Part shown: piece by piece, positions 32,820-44,198 of the stretch
How the letters are laid out: each line of letters starts with the position of its first letter
How positions within the stretch are numbered: the first letter of the stretch is position 1
Program-made: the position numbers and the translations under genes
The notes under the pieces: generated by a model
Told to the model about the DNA's origin: nothing
Seen by the model: the letters and a program-made list of their open reading frames with translations, nothing else
The model's database searches: none
Source of the DNA: Candidatus Latescibacterota bacterium
GTDB lineage: Bacteria; Latescibacterota; CBDEFO01
Reading direction: 5' to 3'
DNA length: 64,000 nt
Assembly (NCBI GenBank): GCA_965248755.1
Contig: OZ252149.1
Coordinates: 1,504,001-1,568,000 of the forward strand

Positions 32820-35800
32820 CGACTTGGAGCGCCTCCTTATGATACTCCTGCAAAGTCTTAACTTTCAAAGACCCGTTCCTCAAAGCTTCAACTCCCGATA
32901 CTACCGCCGCAGCCCCAGAAATCGTAGTGGTGTACGTCACATTTTTCATGATCGCTGCTCTCCTGATCTGTCGGTCGTCTACCTGGGACATCTCCCCCAA
33001 CCGCTTGTCGTATGGGGTATTTATCATCAAGTCTATCTCGTCGTTGCGTATGGCATCCAGTATATTCGGACTCCCCTCATGCACCTTTAGAATCTTATCA
33101 GACGGTATTTTGTTCTGTTTCAGGAACTTGTAAGTCCCCTCAGTAGCCACAATCTTAAACCCCATTTCGTAAAGCTTCCTGGCTATCGGGATCACTGAGG
33201 CTTTGTCCTTATCGCTCACGCTCATAAAGACCTTTCCCGACAGTGGCATCCTGAATCCGGCAGATAGCTGAGCCTTCAAAAAGCTGGCTCCAAAGCTGGT
33301 ATCTATGCCCATAACCTCGCCAGTGGATTTCATCTCAGGTCCCAATATAGAATCCGCGCCGGAAAACTTTATAAACGGCAGAACCGCCTCTTTAACTGCT
33401 GTGTGCTTTATGTACACCTCCGACGTGAATTCCTGCTCTTTTAAGGTCTTTCCAACCATCACCCGTGCCGCTATCTTGGCCAGAGGTACCCCTATTGCCT
33501 TGCTTATAAAAGGAACAGTCCTGGAGGCCCTCGGATTCACCTCCAGAACATAGATCTCTTTGTTCTTCACAGCGTATTGCACGTTCATCAAGCCCACGAC
33601 TTTCAAAGCCTTGGCTAGATCCCGAACATGCTCCTTCATCTTTCCAATTTCCCTATCACAGATCGAATTGGGAGGTACCACGCACGCGCTGTCGCCAGAA
33701 TGGATGCCCGCCCCTTCCACGTGCTCCATGATTCCGCCGATAAATACGTCGTTCTCATCACATACAGCGTCTACATCCAATTCGTAGGCGTCCTCCAAAA
33801 ACTTATCTATCAGCACAGGATGGAGCGGCGACACCCTGACAGCTTCATGCATATACCTCTCTAGAGATCCTTCATCGTGGACGATGACCATAGCCCTTCC
33901 GCCCAACACGTAAGAGGGCCTTACCAAAACGGGATAGCTTATGTCCGCTGCGATCTTTCTTGCCTCATGGAAAGTGCCCGCTGTCCCGTTTTCGGGCTGT
34001 CTTATCCCTAATTCTTCGATCAGCGCCCCGAAACGCTTCCTGTCCTCTGCGAGGTCTATGCTGTCCGGCGATGTGCCTAAGATTTTCACGCCCGCTCTTT
34101 CTAAGGGAATCGCCAGATTCAGCGGAGTCTGTCCTCCAAACTGAACTATCACACCGTCGGGATCTTCCTTATCTACTATGTTCAGTACATCCTCCACTGT
34201 CAGCGGCTCAAAATAGAGCTTATCTGATGTATCGTAATCTGTGCTTACGGTCTCAGGGTTGCTGTTGACCATAATGGTCTCAAATCCATCCTCTTTCAAA
34301 GCGAACGAAGCGTGCACACAGCAGTAATCGAACTCTATCCCCTGGCCTATTCTGTTGGGACCGCTTCCCAGGATCACGATCTTCTTCTTACTATTAGAAT
34401 GCACCACCTCACATTCGCTCTCATAAGTCGAATAGTGATAAGGCGTATAGGCCTCAAACTCCGCCGCGCACGTATCCACAGTCTTGAACGTGGCTATTAT
34501 TCCTTTTTCCACCCTCAGAGACCTGATCGTCTCCTCATCTGTCCTCCATATCGAAGCTAACTGGCGATCGCTGAAGCCGAACTGTTTGGCTCTCAGTAGC
34601 GAATCTTTGTCTATGCTGGAGGACAGTGCTAATTCCTCCTCAAACAGAACAATATCCTGTATATTGCCTAAGAACCAGGGGTCTATCTTCGTAAGTTCAT
34701 GGACCTCCTCCAAGGGCATTTTGGACTGGAACGCCTCTCTAATGTAGAAGATCCTCTGAGCGTTGGGAACTTCCAATTTATGCCTGATAAACTCCGATTT
34801 TCCATTTGAGGGGAGTTCCATCTCGACTCCGTCGGCGCCCAGCCCTCCTCTTCCTATCTCCAAAGATCGTAATCCTTTCTGTAGGGCCTCCTTAAACGTT
34901 CTGCCGATCGCCATAGTCTCGCCCACAGACTTCATCTGGATGTTCAGCTCATCTTTTGCCCCCGGAAACTTCTCAAACGCCCACCTTGGCAATTTCACCA
35001 CGCAGTAATCTATTGTGGGCTCGAACGAAGCAGGCGTCTCTCTGGTAATATCGTTTCTTATCTCATCCAGAGTATATCCCACCGCCAATTTGGCCGCCAT
35101 CTTGGCTATTGGGAATCCTGTCGCCTTAGACGCCAAAGCGGAGCTTCTGGATACCCTCGGGTTCATCTCGATTATCACCATCCTCCCGTCCTCTGGATTC
35201 ACTGCAAACTGTATGTTCGACCCACCTGTCTCCACGCCTATCTCCCTGATGACCCTTATAGCGGCGTCTCTCATAAGCTGATATTCCTTGTCCGTGAGAG
35301 TCTGAGCGGGAGCGACAGTTATGCTGTCCCCTGTGTGGACGCCCATCGGATCTAAATTTTCAATAGAACATACAATTACCACATTATCTTTGAGGTCCCT
35401 CATCACCTCCAGCTCGAACTCCTTCCATCCTATCACCGATTCCTCTATCAGTATCTCATTTATCGGACTCATATGCAGACCGTGCTCGGCTGACCTGTTA
35501 AACTCCTCATCGTCACGAGCTATCCCTCCACCTGTGCCCCCCAAGGTAAAGGACGGCCTTATAATTGAAGGGTAGCCTATCTCTTTTTGGAAATCAACAG
35601 CCTCATTGAGGGAATAAGCGAACCTCCCTTTGGGGAGATCGACCCCGGCATTTTCCATAGTCTTCTTAAAGAGCTCTCTGTCTTCTGCCTTTTTGATCGC
35701 CTCCAGTTTGGCCCCTATCATCTCTACGCCGAATCTCTCCAGGACTTTGCTTTCCGCAAGCTCCACCGAGATGTTCAATCCTGTCTGACCACCTAAAGTA

Positions 35801-36063
35801 GGCAGGAGGGCGTCGGGCCGTTCCTTTTCGATAATCTTTTCGCATATCTCAGGGATAATAGGTTCGATGTAAGTTTTGTCCGCCATCTCAGGATCAGTCA
35901 TAATTGTAGCGGGATTGCTGTTTACAAGGACGATTTCGAATCCCTCCTCCCTTAGAGCCTTGCACGCCTGCGTCCCCGAATAATCGAACTCGCACGCCTG
36001 ACCTATTACGATAGGCCCTGACCCTATGATCATAATTTTGTGTATATCGTGTCTTTTCGGCAT
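32800..36063 (-). CDS. carB: Carbamoyl-phosphate synthase large subunit
   Basis: MPKRHDI...[17 protein letters not shown], two ATP-grasp domains and an MGS domain. Confidence 0.98.
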   Translation of the reverse strand: MPKRHDIHKIMIIGSGPIVIGQACEFDYSGTQACKALREEGFEIVLVNSNPATIMTDPEMADKTYIEPIIPEICEKIIEKERPDALLPTLGGQTGLNISVELAESKVLERFGVEMIGAKLEAIKKAEDRELFKKTMENAGVDLPKGRFAYSLNEAVDFQKEIGYPSIIRPSFTLGGTGGGIARDDEEFNRSAEHGLHMSPINEILIEESVIGWKEFELEVMRDLKDNVVIVCSIENLDPMGVHTGDSITVAPAQTLTDKEYQLMRDAAIRVIREIGVETGGSNIQFAVNPEDGRMVIIEMNPRVSRSSALASKATGFPIAKMAAKLAVGYTLDEIRNDITRETPASFEPTIDYCVVKLPRWAFEKFPGAKDELNIQMKSVGETMAIGRTFKEALQKGLRSLEIGRGGLGADGVEMELPSNGKSEFIRHKLEVPNAQRIFYIREAFQSKMPLEEVHELTKIDPWFLGNIQDIVLFEEELALSSSIDKDSLLRAKQFGFSDRQLASIWRTDEETIRSLRVEKGIIATFKTVDTCAAEFEAYTPYHYSTYESECEVVHSNSKKKIVILGSGPNRIGQGIEFDYCCVHASFALKEDGFETIMVNSNPETVSTDYDTSDKLYFEPLTVEDVLNIVDKEDPDGVIVQFGGQTPLNLAIPLERAGVKILGTSPDSIDLAEDRKRFGALIEELGIRQPENGTAGTFHEARKIAADISYPVLVRPSYVLGGRAMVIVHDEGSLERYMHEAVRVSPLHPVLIDKFLEDAYELDVDAVCDENDVFIGGIMEHVEGAGIHSGDSACVVPPNSICDREIGKMKEHVRDLAKALKVVGLMNVQYAVKNKEIYVLEVNPRASRTVPFISKAIGVPLAKIAARVMVGKTLKEQEFTSEVYIKHTAVKEAVLPFIKFSGADSILGPEMKSTGEVMGIDTSFGASFLKAQLSAGFRMPLSGKVFMSVSDKDKASVIPIARKLYEMGFKIVATEGTYKFLKQNKIPSDKILKVHEGSPNILDAIRNDEIDLMINTPYDKRLGEMSQVDDRQIRRAAIMKNVTYTTTISGAAAVVSGVEALRNGSLKVKTLQEYHKEALQVDGEQNS

Positions 36064-36068
36064 AGAAG

Positions 36069-36587
36069 CTATCGCCACAATTGTATCAGGATCAGGTAAA
36101 TAAGCAGAAAGAGAGCGACCACACCCGCTATATAGATTACCTTGTAAACCCACAGCTTGACCCCGCCGGTGTATCTTCCCCTCTTCCGCTTGGAGGGGCC
36201 GGGCTGTGGGCTCGAACGGTATCGTTCTGACTCGATCATACTCACGAATTTAGGATCGCACTTGCCTATGGCCTGTAAGATCCGCCTTTTATTTAGAGAC
36301 ACTCTTTCGGCCAGGACTTCGTGAGCAGACTTTAAGGTACCATCTTCCTTTAACGTACCCTTTGACTCGTTAGGATCAAACTTGTTCTTGATCAGAGTGC
36401 TGACCCTTACGGAGGACAACTTCTTCTCAAGGAGATTGATCGTCTCTTTGTCCTTGACCTCTCTTTTTATTACCCTTTCGCAGCAGGATAAAAACAGGGT
36501 CAGGTCGTTCCATATCTCCTCATCCGTCAACCCCAGAAGATAGGATTCTTCAATCATCTCGTCAATAGCATCTCTGACTCTATTCAT
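36069..36587 (-). CDS. Hypothetical protein with a C-terminal TM anchor
   Basis: ORF with RBS, abutting carB; hydrophobic C-terminus. Confidence 0.6.
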   Translation of the reverse strand: MNRVRDAIDEMIEESYLLGLTDEEIWNDLTLFLSCCERVIKREVKDKETINLLEKKLSSVRVSTLIKNKFDPNESKGTLKEDGTLKSAHEVLAERVSLNKRRILQAIGKCDPKFVSMIESERYRSSPQPGPSKRKRGRYTGGVKLWVYKVIYIAGVVALFLLIYLILIQLWR

Positions 36588-36652
36588 ATTTGAACTCCGT
36601 AAGGGTAAACATAACTATCATAATGTAGTATAACGCAAGAGAAGAGGCAAGG

Positions 36653-38263
36653 TTACGAAGTGCGTCCATACATTTTAACTCCCCAATCTGGATTCGGATT
36701 CGATTTTAATATTCCATATACCTCTTGGGTCGCATCGGGAAGAAAATCCACAATATCTCCGGCCGTGAGCCCCAAATCTCCTTTGACATCTCCAGCAAGA
36801 TCTCCAGCAAGACCGTGCAGATAGACTCCCGCAATTGCAGCGTTTGGAGGATCAACTCCACCTCCGATTATGGCGGCAATGACTCCCGTCAGTACGTCTC
36901 CCGAGCCCCCTGTGGCCATTCCAGCGTTTCCTGAGGAATTTACAAATACGCTGCCATCGGGCCAAGCCACCAGAGTCGGAACACCCTTTAGAACTACTGT
37001 AACGTTGAACTTACAGGCGAAGGATCGAGCGGTATCTATTCTATCCACCTGATAATCTTCAAGTTTTCCCGCTGTCAATCTTCTGAATTCCCCCGGATGG
37101 GGTGTGATAACTATAGAGGCTTTTGCCTCTTTCAGTGGCGAGGGGTCACCGCTTAAAGCGTTAAGCCCATCGGCATCTATTACAGCAGGGATCTGCAGGT
37201 CGCTTACTATCCTTTTTACCAATTCGACCGTCTCTCTGTACGTCGAGATGCCGGGACCCAACGCCAAACAATCTGCTCCTTTTAGCATCCTTCTGATCTG
37301 GCCCAGGGCCCTCAAGGCCAGGCATCTGCGCTTTCTAACCTGTGGAAGGGGCCTGGTCATCACTTCTGTCAGCTTGACCTCCATAATATCGTTTAATCCC
37401 TCAGGGATTCCGAGCGTCACAAGCCCGGCGCCCATCCTGACCGCAGACGTGGAAGTCAACGCCGCCGCTCCCGTCATTCCCAATGACCCGGCTACTACGG
37501 CAACTCTTCCGCAGTCTCCTTTGTGAGCATCTGGCGCCCGAACGGGCATAATCTTTGTCACATCCAGAGGTTCGATCAGATCAAGAAAAGATTCCTCCTG
37601 CTCTATCGTCGCCACGGGGACACCTATGTCCAGGACTCTCAATTCCCCGCACAAACCTCTCCCCGGATAGAAGAAGTGACCCACTTTCGGAAGCCCGAAT
37701 GTGACAGTAATGTAGGCACTAACGCACATCCCTTCAAATTTTCCGGTGTCTGCATCCAACCCCGACGGTACGTCTACAGCTACCACAGGCTTTCCGCTGC
37801 TATTTATAGACTCTATTGCATAAGCCGCAAGACCCCTTACCTCCCCCTTTATTCCCGTCCCGAATATGCCATCTATGACTACGTCTGCATCTTCGAGCGC
37901 GTCCTTTAAGGCTCTGGTAGCCTCTGGCTCCACAACTTCCTCAATATCCACATCCAGATCAGCAGCCCTTTTCAGATTCGTCAAAGCATCTCCCTTAACT
38001 TCCCCCACTTTGCCAAGTAGAAACGCAGATGGATTAGCTCCATTCTCCCTAAGTAGTCTTCCCACCACAAATCCGTCCCCTCCGTTATTTCCTTTTCCGC
38101 ACACTATGACGGCTTTCTTGTCTCTCACATCGCTTAAAATATCCTCCACAGCCCTGTATACTCCCTGGCCCGCCCTTTCCATAAGGTCCAGTCCCAAAAC
38201 TCCCATACCCTCTATGGATCGCCTGTCTATATTTGCCATCTGTTTTCCTGTCACCAGCTTCAC
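36653..38263 (-). CDS. nnr: Bifunctional NAD(P)HX epimerase/dehydratase
   Basis: Motifs GKGNNGGDG, DVPSG, DADGL, TPHPGEF, GSGDVL. Confidence 0.95.
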   Translation of the reverse strand: MKLVTGKQMANIDRRSIEGMGVLGLDLMERAGQGVYRAVEDILSDVRDKKAVIVCGKGNNGGDGFVVGRLLRENGANPSAFLLGKVGEVKGDALTNLKRAADLDVDIEEVVEPEATRALKDALEDADVVIDGIFGTGIKGEVRGLAAYAIESINSSGKPVVAVDVPSGLDADTGKFEGMCVSAYITVTFGLPKVGHFFYPGRGLCGELRVLDIGVPVATIEQEESFLDLIEPLDVTKIMPVRAPDAHKGDCGRVAVVAGSLGMTGAAALTSTSAVRMGAGLVTLGIPEGLNDIMEVKLTEVMTRPLPQVRKRRCLALRALGQIRRMLKGADCLALGPGISTYRETVELVKRIVSDLQIPAVIDADGLNALSGDPSPLKEAKASIVITPHPGEFRRLTAGKLEDYQVDRIDTARSFACKFNVTVVLKGVPTLVAWPDGSVFVNSSGNAGMATGGSGDVLTGVIAAIIGGGVDPPNAAIAGVYLHGLAGDLAGDVKGDLGLTAGDIVDFLPDATQEVYGILKSNPNPDWGVKMYGRTS

Positions 38264-38341
38264 GTCTGATTGCCCTTGGGAAAATGTAAAACACTATAAG
38301 TAGGTATATAGGAACAAGTTATACGCGTTTTATATATATCA

Positions 38342-39166
38342 TCAGCGGTTGTGAGGCGGCTCTATCACTGCACGCTGCTCCTCTGTCATGTCCAGAATAT
38401 AGTCGGGGAATGAAATTTCGTGGGCGCCCACGCCGTAAGACTGAAACCCCGGACTGAACTTGTAAAGCAGCGCGCGCCGCTGGTGCTTTCCCTTCCACGG
38501 CAACGCGCCGTGCGTCAGGGCCTCCGTGAAAATTACCGCGTCGCCCGCTTTAGTGTTGGCCTCCATCACATACTGCTGATACTTCTCATAAAACTTCAAG
38601 CTCTGCGGGCAGGGGAGGTTCGCCTTCTGGCTGCCCGGAATGAACGCCAGTCCGCCATCTCCCGGCCCTTCGTCTGCCAGCATAAACTCCACAACTGTCA
38701 GACCGCAGTAGATGGCCCCGTTCTTGAAGGAGTAAGCCTGAGAAAAGTTGGAGCACTCTATACCACCGCCGTGCAGGCGGTGGCCCTCGGTGCCCTGGTC
38801 CATCGCAATTACGCCTGGCCCATGATCCAGCCGATAGCCCTCCCCCAGGATGACATTGAAGTAGGGCACGATGCGCGGGTGCACCAGAATGTCCCGGAAC
38901 GGTTCACACCATGGACGCTCCCATGCCAGCATTCCACCAATATCCTTCCGGTGTGAAGTACCTGCCAATGGCTTAGACTCAAACGCCAGCGATCTGGGGT
39001 ACTCCGTAAGCTGGTCAATGTGATGGTCGATGGCGATGTTACAGGACTCCACCTCCTCGGGCGTCAGCACCTCTGGGATGATGAGATAACCCGTCAGGTC
39101 GAACAAATAATTTTCGTCGTCGGTCACGACACCCCACCTCCTTCTCGGGTTATAGGTCTGTTTCAC
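38342..39166 (-). CDS. Phytanoyl-CoA dioxygenase-family protein
   Basis: Motifs YLFDLTGYL, FIPGS, AGDAVIFTEALTHG. Confidence 0.85.
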   Translation of the reverse strand: MKQTYNPRRRWGVVTDDENYLFDLTGYLIIPEVLTPEEVESCNIAIDHHIDQLTEYPRSLAFESKPLAGTSHRKDIGGMLAWERPWCEPFRDILVHPRIVPYFNVILGEGYRLDHGPGVIAMDQGTEGHRLHGGGIECSNFSQAYSFKNGAIYCGLTVVEFMLADEGPGDGGLAFIPGSQKANLPCPQSLKFYEKYQQYVMEANTKAGDAVIFTEALTHGALPWKGKHQRRALLYKFSPGFQSYGVGAHEISFPDYILDMTEEQRAVIEPPHNR

Positions 39167-39202
39167 AGACAGATAAGATTCAACGTCCGAATACTTATAA
39201 TC

Positions 39203-39583
39203 TCATCTTTCCTGGACATTTTGAATAAGCACCACGGCGACGGCGTAGTTTTCCGTGTGAGAAAGGCTCATCGTTACTTCCCTACTTCCGACCATCTCTT
39301 TTGCCCTGCCGTGGAGCACCATTTGCGGTTTAGAGCCATTTCTGCTCACAATTTCCACATCTTTCCACGCGACTCCCTGTCCCCATCCAGTCCCTATAGC
39401 CTTAAACGCCGCCTCCTTGGCTGCGAAACGCGCTGCTAATGATCTATAGACTTCGCCCTTTTTAAAACAGTACTCTGCTTCATTTTGTGTGAATACGCGA
39501 TTTACGAACCTACCTTCCCATCTTTGGACGAGGTCTTTGATCCTCTTCACCTCTGCGATGTCTATGCCTATGGAATTGTTCAT
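39203..39583 (-). CDS. acpS: Holo-ACP synthase
   Basis: Motifs IGIDI, RFAAKEA, SLSHT. Confidence 0.95.
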   Translation of the reverse strand: MNNSIGIDIAEVKRIKDLVQRWEGRFVNRVFTQNEAEYCFKKGEVYRSLAARFAAKEAAFKAIGTGWGQGVAWKDVEIVSRNGSKPQMVLHGRAKEMVGSREVTMSLSHTENYAVAVVLIQNVQER

Positions 39584-39588
39584 CAAGG

Positions 39589-40299
39589 TCAACTTGCCGT
39601 GGGCGCGCCACTATCATTCTCTTTTTCTACAATGCCTACGATCTGTCTGATATCATCTATCTCATAATCAGCTCCGGCATCCTTAACGTCGAAGGTGTCC
39701 CCATACCGTGCAAAGACAGTCTTTATGCCCACGCTGTGTGCTCCTACCATGTCCCTCTCTGGCCAATCTCCTACCATCAAGGCCTCATCAGGCTCGATAC
39801 TCAAAAGCTCAAGGGCCTTTTTGAAGGGGACGGGATGAGGTTTGGTCACGCCCGTATCGTCGAATGTGATTACAGAGTCAAAAGTGTGATGAAGTTGAAG
39901 CTGGCAGAGTCGAAGCCATGCCTGGAGGCGAGGCGCATCAGAGAGCACGGCAAGCTTTATTCCGCGCTTTGCCAATTCCATAAGCGTAGAGTTCACATGA
40001 GGATAGAGCACCAGCGCCGCCTCCCTTGCTCTCCTGTAGGCCACAATCCCCGCAGCGTGAATCTTATAATCGATTTCTCCCAACGTTTCGGTCAAGAAAT
40101 CGTCGAAGACAGTTTGAAACTCGATCCCCTTCTCGTCGTATATCCTGTAGAGTTCTTTCCTTACCTGCTCTTTAGGCATATTAAGCCCCGCGTCGATCAT
40201 AGCGTCACAGGCGGCATCTACGGAGTTCTCCTTCATCCGCATAAAGTCCACTAACGTATTGTCCAGGTCAAATATCACAGCCTTGATCACAATGATCAT
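39589..40299 (-). CDS. HAD-IA family hydrolase
   Basis: Motifs FDLDNTL, KPHP, VGDWPERD. Confidence 0.9.
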   Translation of the reverse strand: MIIVIKAVIFDLDNTLVDFMRMKENSVDAACDAMIDAGLNMPKEQVRKELYRIYDEKGIEFQTVFDDFLTETLGEIDYKIHAAGIVAYRRAREAALVLYPHVNSTLMELAKRGIKLAVLSDAPRLQAWLRLCQLQLHHTFDSVITFDDTGVTKPHPVPFKKALELLSIEPDEALMVGDWPERDMVGAHSVGIKTVFARYGDTFDVKDAGADYEIDDIRQIVGIVEKENDSGAPTAS

Positions 40300-40873
40300 C
40301 TCCTTGAAGAGTATAAAAATATTACAATGTCCCTTTCCTATATGAAAAATACGTCAATTTCTACTTTAAAGCAACCGTTTTTTATTGCGTCCCTTGCAGT
40401 TATTATGGCAAAATTGAAGAGGGAGAAACTCCAGTTGGGCGATCTACTTAAATACAACAAATGCTCGCCTTTTGAACTTAAAGATCTGCTACAAGTCGTT
40501 GCTCTGCACATCTGTTGCATGTAAGACCTGGGCGCGCAGGGGAAAATAGAATTTCGATGCAATTTGTCTTAACGAAAATGTGACCAGGATCACTGAACAA
40601 AAGTTTGAATAGTGCGATCTTACTACTACATATAGCACTACATATAGTTTGAACTTCGAAAAGGGAAGCGCAAAAATCGATCAAAAAGCAACAGTGCCAT
40701 TTTCCCTTGACAATATGTCTCTTATTCTTATATTGTACTCAAGGTTCGAGCATTATTTCTGGGTAGTAAGGTTCGAAATTCTTCGATTTTCACTTAACTT
40801 ATGGCCTGATAAGGATGTTTTTGCTCTTACAGGAATATGTTGCAATGTGTGAAACCGTATTGGGAGGCTAAAT

Positions 40874-41092
40874 ATGGATAAGGACGTACAGGGGACTGAA
40901 GAGCAGAGTTCCGATCAGAGCAAACGGACGAACAAGTCGAGCAGTCGCCGAAGGTTTATAAAGACAGGAGCCGTCCTCTTGCCGTACGTAGCGCCTGTCA
41001 TACAGACGTTCGTCTTAGACGAGCCTGCCGAAGCCAAGAAAAAGAATAGGATATCTGATCCAGCTCCTCCTCCGCCACCGCCGCCAAATTAA
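40874..41092 (+). CDS. Small protein with an RRRF...YVAP leader and poly-Pro tail
   Basis: RBS GGAGG; upstream TTGACA-TATATT promoter-like site near 40707. Confidence 0.7.
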   Translation: MDKDVQGTEEQSSDQSKRTNKSSSRRRFIKTGAVLLPYVAPVIQTFVLDEPAEAKKKNRISDPAPPPPPPPN

Positions 41093-41391
41093 AATTTACA
41101 GAAGCTAGGTGGGGTTCTGTGTTAGTCTGCAACTTGTGATGGCTCTGTACTTGTCTGCTCAGTTAAAGGACAAGATGGGGGTAGTATGCACAAGCTGAAT
41201 GCAACTGTTAAGCTCAATATAAGTCTATGTCAGCTTATATAAGAAAGAACCTATAGACGAATATGAAGACATTGCTGCGAATCTGATCGATTTATATAAC
41301 GGTCGCCTGTCCTGGGACGGCTCCCGTGGCTGGCAGGGCAGGCGGCTTTTACGTTTCAGCAACTCAACCCATCTTTCAAAGGAGGTGTAAG

Positions 41392-41643
41392 ATGCTTTTT
41401 CATATCACGCAGACCCACGCTCCCGAGAGCTGTCCCAGAGACGAAGGGGGTTCAAAGATACTGTATGATCCGAATGTGGAAGGTGTTAAGATCCGAGCGA
41501 GATATGGAGCGTTTGCCGAGCACGTGATCTACTACGTCGTGGAGGCGGACAGCCTGAACGCAGTCAACAAATTCCTCCTTCCGGGCTTCACACGCTGTAC
41601 CTGCATGGTCACTCCGGTGAGCGAAGAGCCGGCTGTTGAATAA
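41392..41643 (+). CDS. Small DUF3303-like protein
   Basis: RBS AGGAGGT; MLFHITQTHAPESCP...HVIYYVVEADS. Confidence 0.65.
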   Translation: MLFHITQTHAPESCPRDEGGSKILYDPNVEGVKIRARYGAFAEHVIYYVVEADSLNAVNKFLLPGFTRCTCMVTPVSEEPAVE

Positions 41644-42105
41644 AAAGCAAAAAGAACCTAAGTTCTATTGGGAGACGTAGTCTGTTGCCTCATTGTCGTT
41701 CTGCGATCTATAGACCTCCCCGTCAGTTAAGACCACCCTGTCGCTACAAAGCCCTTCGCATTTTGGACCTCGAATAGAAATCAACCTGCCAGGAGTTTTC
41801 CTCAAAAGCCGGCGTGGTCGCTGTGTGTGCGCTGCTTCCAGTACTTTTCCTAAGGATCACGGAGTCCCGGCAAGTGACGAAGTGGGTTGTGTGGCCCCTT
41901 TGCTACGAGAGGCAAGAAGCCACCAGAAAGGTGGGCTAAGAACGTTTCGGGGGAAAGAAAGGGGGGCAAGAGAGCGCCCCTTTGGACGTTCGTACACGTA
42001 GCGGATATTCACGCAGGTTACTGAGGTCGTGTCGATTTGCGGCAGCGTGGAACGAGAACTGATAAACTGCCTGCACTGAGTAACACACATTTTAAGGAGG
42101 GGAAA

Positions 42106-42522
42106 ATGGTCTTTGGGGAGAGTTTTTCGATTCAATCCGAGGGATTTTCAGATATCAAAAATATCACCGATGAAGTTCAGAAGATTGTTTCAAAATCCAG
42201 AATCGAAAATGGCTTGGTTAATATCTTCGTGGTAGGCTCCACTGCCTCTATTTCTACGATTGAGTACGAACCTGCATTGGTTGAAGATGTAAAGGAACAG
42301 TTAGAAAAGATTGTGCCAAGAACTCTACACAGCCGTCATTCCGAAACGTGGGGGGACGATAACGGTTTCTCCCATATTCGTGCGACATTTATGGGACCTG
42401 GGATCACAGCGCCAGTCTCCGGAGGTGCCGTCGTTCTGGGAACTTGGCAGCAAATTGTCCTGATTGATCACGATAATCGCCCGCGCTTACGGAAACTTTT
42501 TGTTCAGGTGATGGGAGAGTGA
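42106..42522 (+). CDS. yjbQ: YjbQ/UPF0047-family protein
   Basis: Motifs GSTASISTIE, NGFSHIRA, LGTWQQI. Confidence 0.9.
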   Translation: MVFGESFSIQSEGFSDIKNITDEVQKIVSKSRIENGLVNIFVVGSTASISTIEYEPALVEDVKEQLEKIVPRTLHSRHSETWGDDNGFSHIRATFMGPGITAPVSGGAVVLGTWQQIVLIDHDNRPRLRKLFVQVMGE

Positions 42523-42531
42523 GAAAGTTTG

Positions 42532-43380
42532 ATGATAGATTTCCCTTTCTACCACGGCATCGGTCAATTCGACCCTGCGTATCAGATCATGCTGGAAAAC
42601 GACACCCATGCCCCCGGTTCAGTAGATCGTGCCTTAGCAGAACTCATGATTCGACTGTGTCCCCAAACCGCCGCTTATCTTTACGGAGAATACACGCCAA
42701 CACAGGTGAGGTACCAAAGGGGTTCACGACCCGAGTTAGAATGCTATGTGGAGGAGGCAATCGCTGAGTGCGGTTCGGATGAGGAACGGGTTGAAAAGAT
42801 TGCCAGATTCTGCTCTGACCTGGGAAAGAGCGTAGGCGATGAACTGGACGAGATGCGATTCGGAGGGACTGAAGAGGAGATCATCCATCGCGGCTCTGAC
42901 TGGTGCACCGATTTGGCGAGGGTTGGATGTGCTCTCTGTCAGGTGGCTGGATTCCCGGCGCGTTTGATTATGATGTTCGACAGGGACATGGCGTACAGCG
43001 GACACCAGATCATCGAGGTGTATCGAAGCGGTATCTGGGGAGCGGTAGACCCGACGCATGGCTTGATCTACAGGGATTCGGAGGGAAAACCAGTTTCGAC
43101 ATGGGAGTTGAGGAATCAGCCTCATCTGATCGAAGCGAAATGGAGGAATCATCAAGATGTGCACAGCAGGTTAAGTCAATTCAGAAATGCAGCTATCGCG
43201 AACTATTCTGTCTGGGACCGAGAAGACTACGACTACACGATAAGTCCGGCCAACGGCTACTACTGGTCTCTCCTACAGATGTCCATTCGGGGATGGCCCG
43301 GAGGAGTCCGATGGCTGCATGGTGAGGATAACACCGGATGCGCAGGCGACTTTAGTAAAATCAAAGCATGGATACTTTAA
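42532..43380 (+). CDS. Transglutaminase-like protein
   Basis: Cys-His-Asp triad pattern WCTDLAR / GHQIIEV / AVDPT. Confidence 0.8.
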   Translation: MIDFPFYHGIGQFDPAYQIMLENDTHAPGSVDRALAELMIRLCPQTAAYLYGEYTPTQVRYQRGSRPELECYVEEAIAECGSDEERVEKIARFCSDLGKSVGDELDEMRFGGTEEEIIHRGSDWCTDLARVGCALCQVAGFPARLIMMFDRDMAYSGHQIIEVYRSGIWGAVDPTHGLIYRDSEGKPVSTWELRNQPHLIEAKWRNHQDVHSRLSQFRNAAIANYSVWDREDYDYTISPANGYYWSLLQMSIRGWPGGVRWLHGEDNTGCAGDFSKIKAWIL

Positions 43381-43886
43381 CCCAAATCACACTCGGCGCG
43401 GGGGTCGGCGAAGCGGTTTTAGGTAGAAAAGTAGGGAACAAAGCTATCCTCTGGGGCGGAGTCGCCGCAGCGATCCCCGATTTGGATATGCTGGCAATGC
43501 CTTTTTTGGATTCTGTCCAAAGATTGACATCCCACAGGGGATTTTCTCATTCTATCGCATTTGCAATACTCTTTGCACCTCTGCTGGCGTATTTGACAAT
43601 TAGAATTCACGGTAGAAAGGAGGCAACCTGGAGTGAATGGACGAAATTAACCTTTTGTTCGATAATCACGCATCCAATGTTGGATTGTTTTACAACTTAC
43701 GGCACACAGCTTTTTGAACCGTTTAGCGAATATCGCGTAGCTTTCAACACCATTTTTATTATCGATCCTCTATATACTGTGCCATTTTTACTGTGTGTGA
43801 TTATGGTGATGTTCTTAAGGCCATACCGCTCCCCTTGACAGAGCGACAAATATTTCGCAAATTGGGGTTTGAGAAGGGAGGTCAAG

Positions 43887-44198
43887 GTGTCGAGCCCCGA
43901 AGTGAAAGATGGTAAGCGCTGGACGGCGACCCGTAAGGGAGAGATTGTGTTGGCTCTTTTGAGAGGAGCAGATCTATCTGAGGTGTGTCGTAAGAATGGA
44001 ATTAGCCAGTCGCAGGCGTATGCTTGGCGTGATAGTTTCTTAGAAGGGGGCCAGGAGAGTCTGAAGTCTCGGCGTGGTCGCAAGGATCCGAAGGAGCGAG
44101 AGGTTAGCCGGTTGGAGCGCAAGGTAGGGCAGTTGACGCTCCAGTTGGAGATACTCGAAGAGGTAGCCCGTCTAAAAAAAACGAAGCGGTTGCCTTGA
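43887..44198 (+). CDS. IS3-family transposase OrfA (HTH)
   Basis: EVCRKNGISQSQAYAWR plus the zipper LERKVGQLTL. Confidence 0.88.
   Translation: MSSPEVKDGKRWTATRKGEIVLALLRGADLSEVCRKNGISQSQAYAWRDSFLEGGQESLKSRRGRKDPKEREVSRLERKVGQLTLQLEILEEVARLKKTKRLP

Noticed and set aside
40327..40524. MshEN-like (QLGDLL) small ORF
   Set aside because: The similarity is too short and there is no clear RBS.
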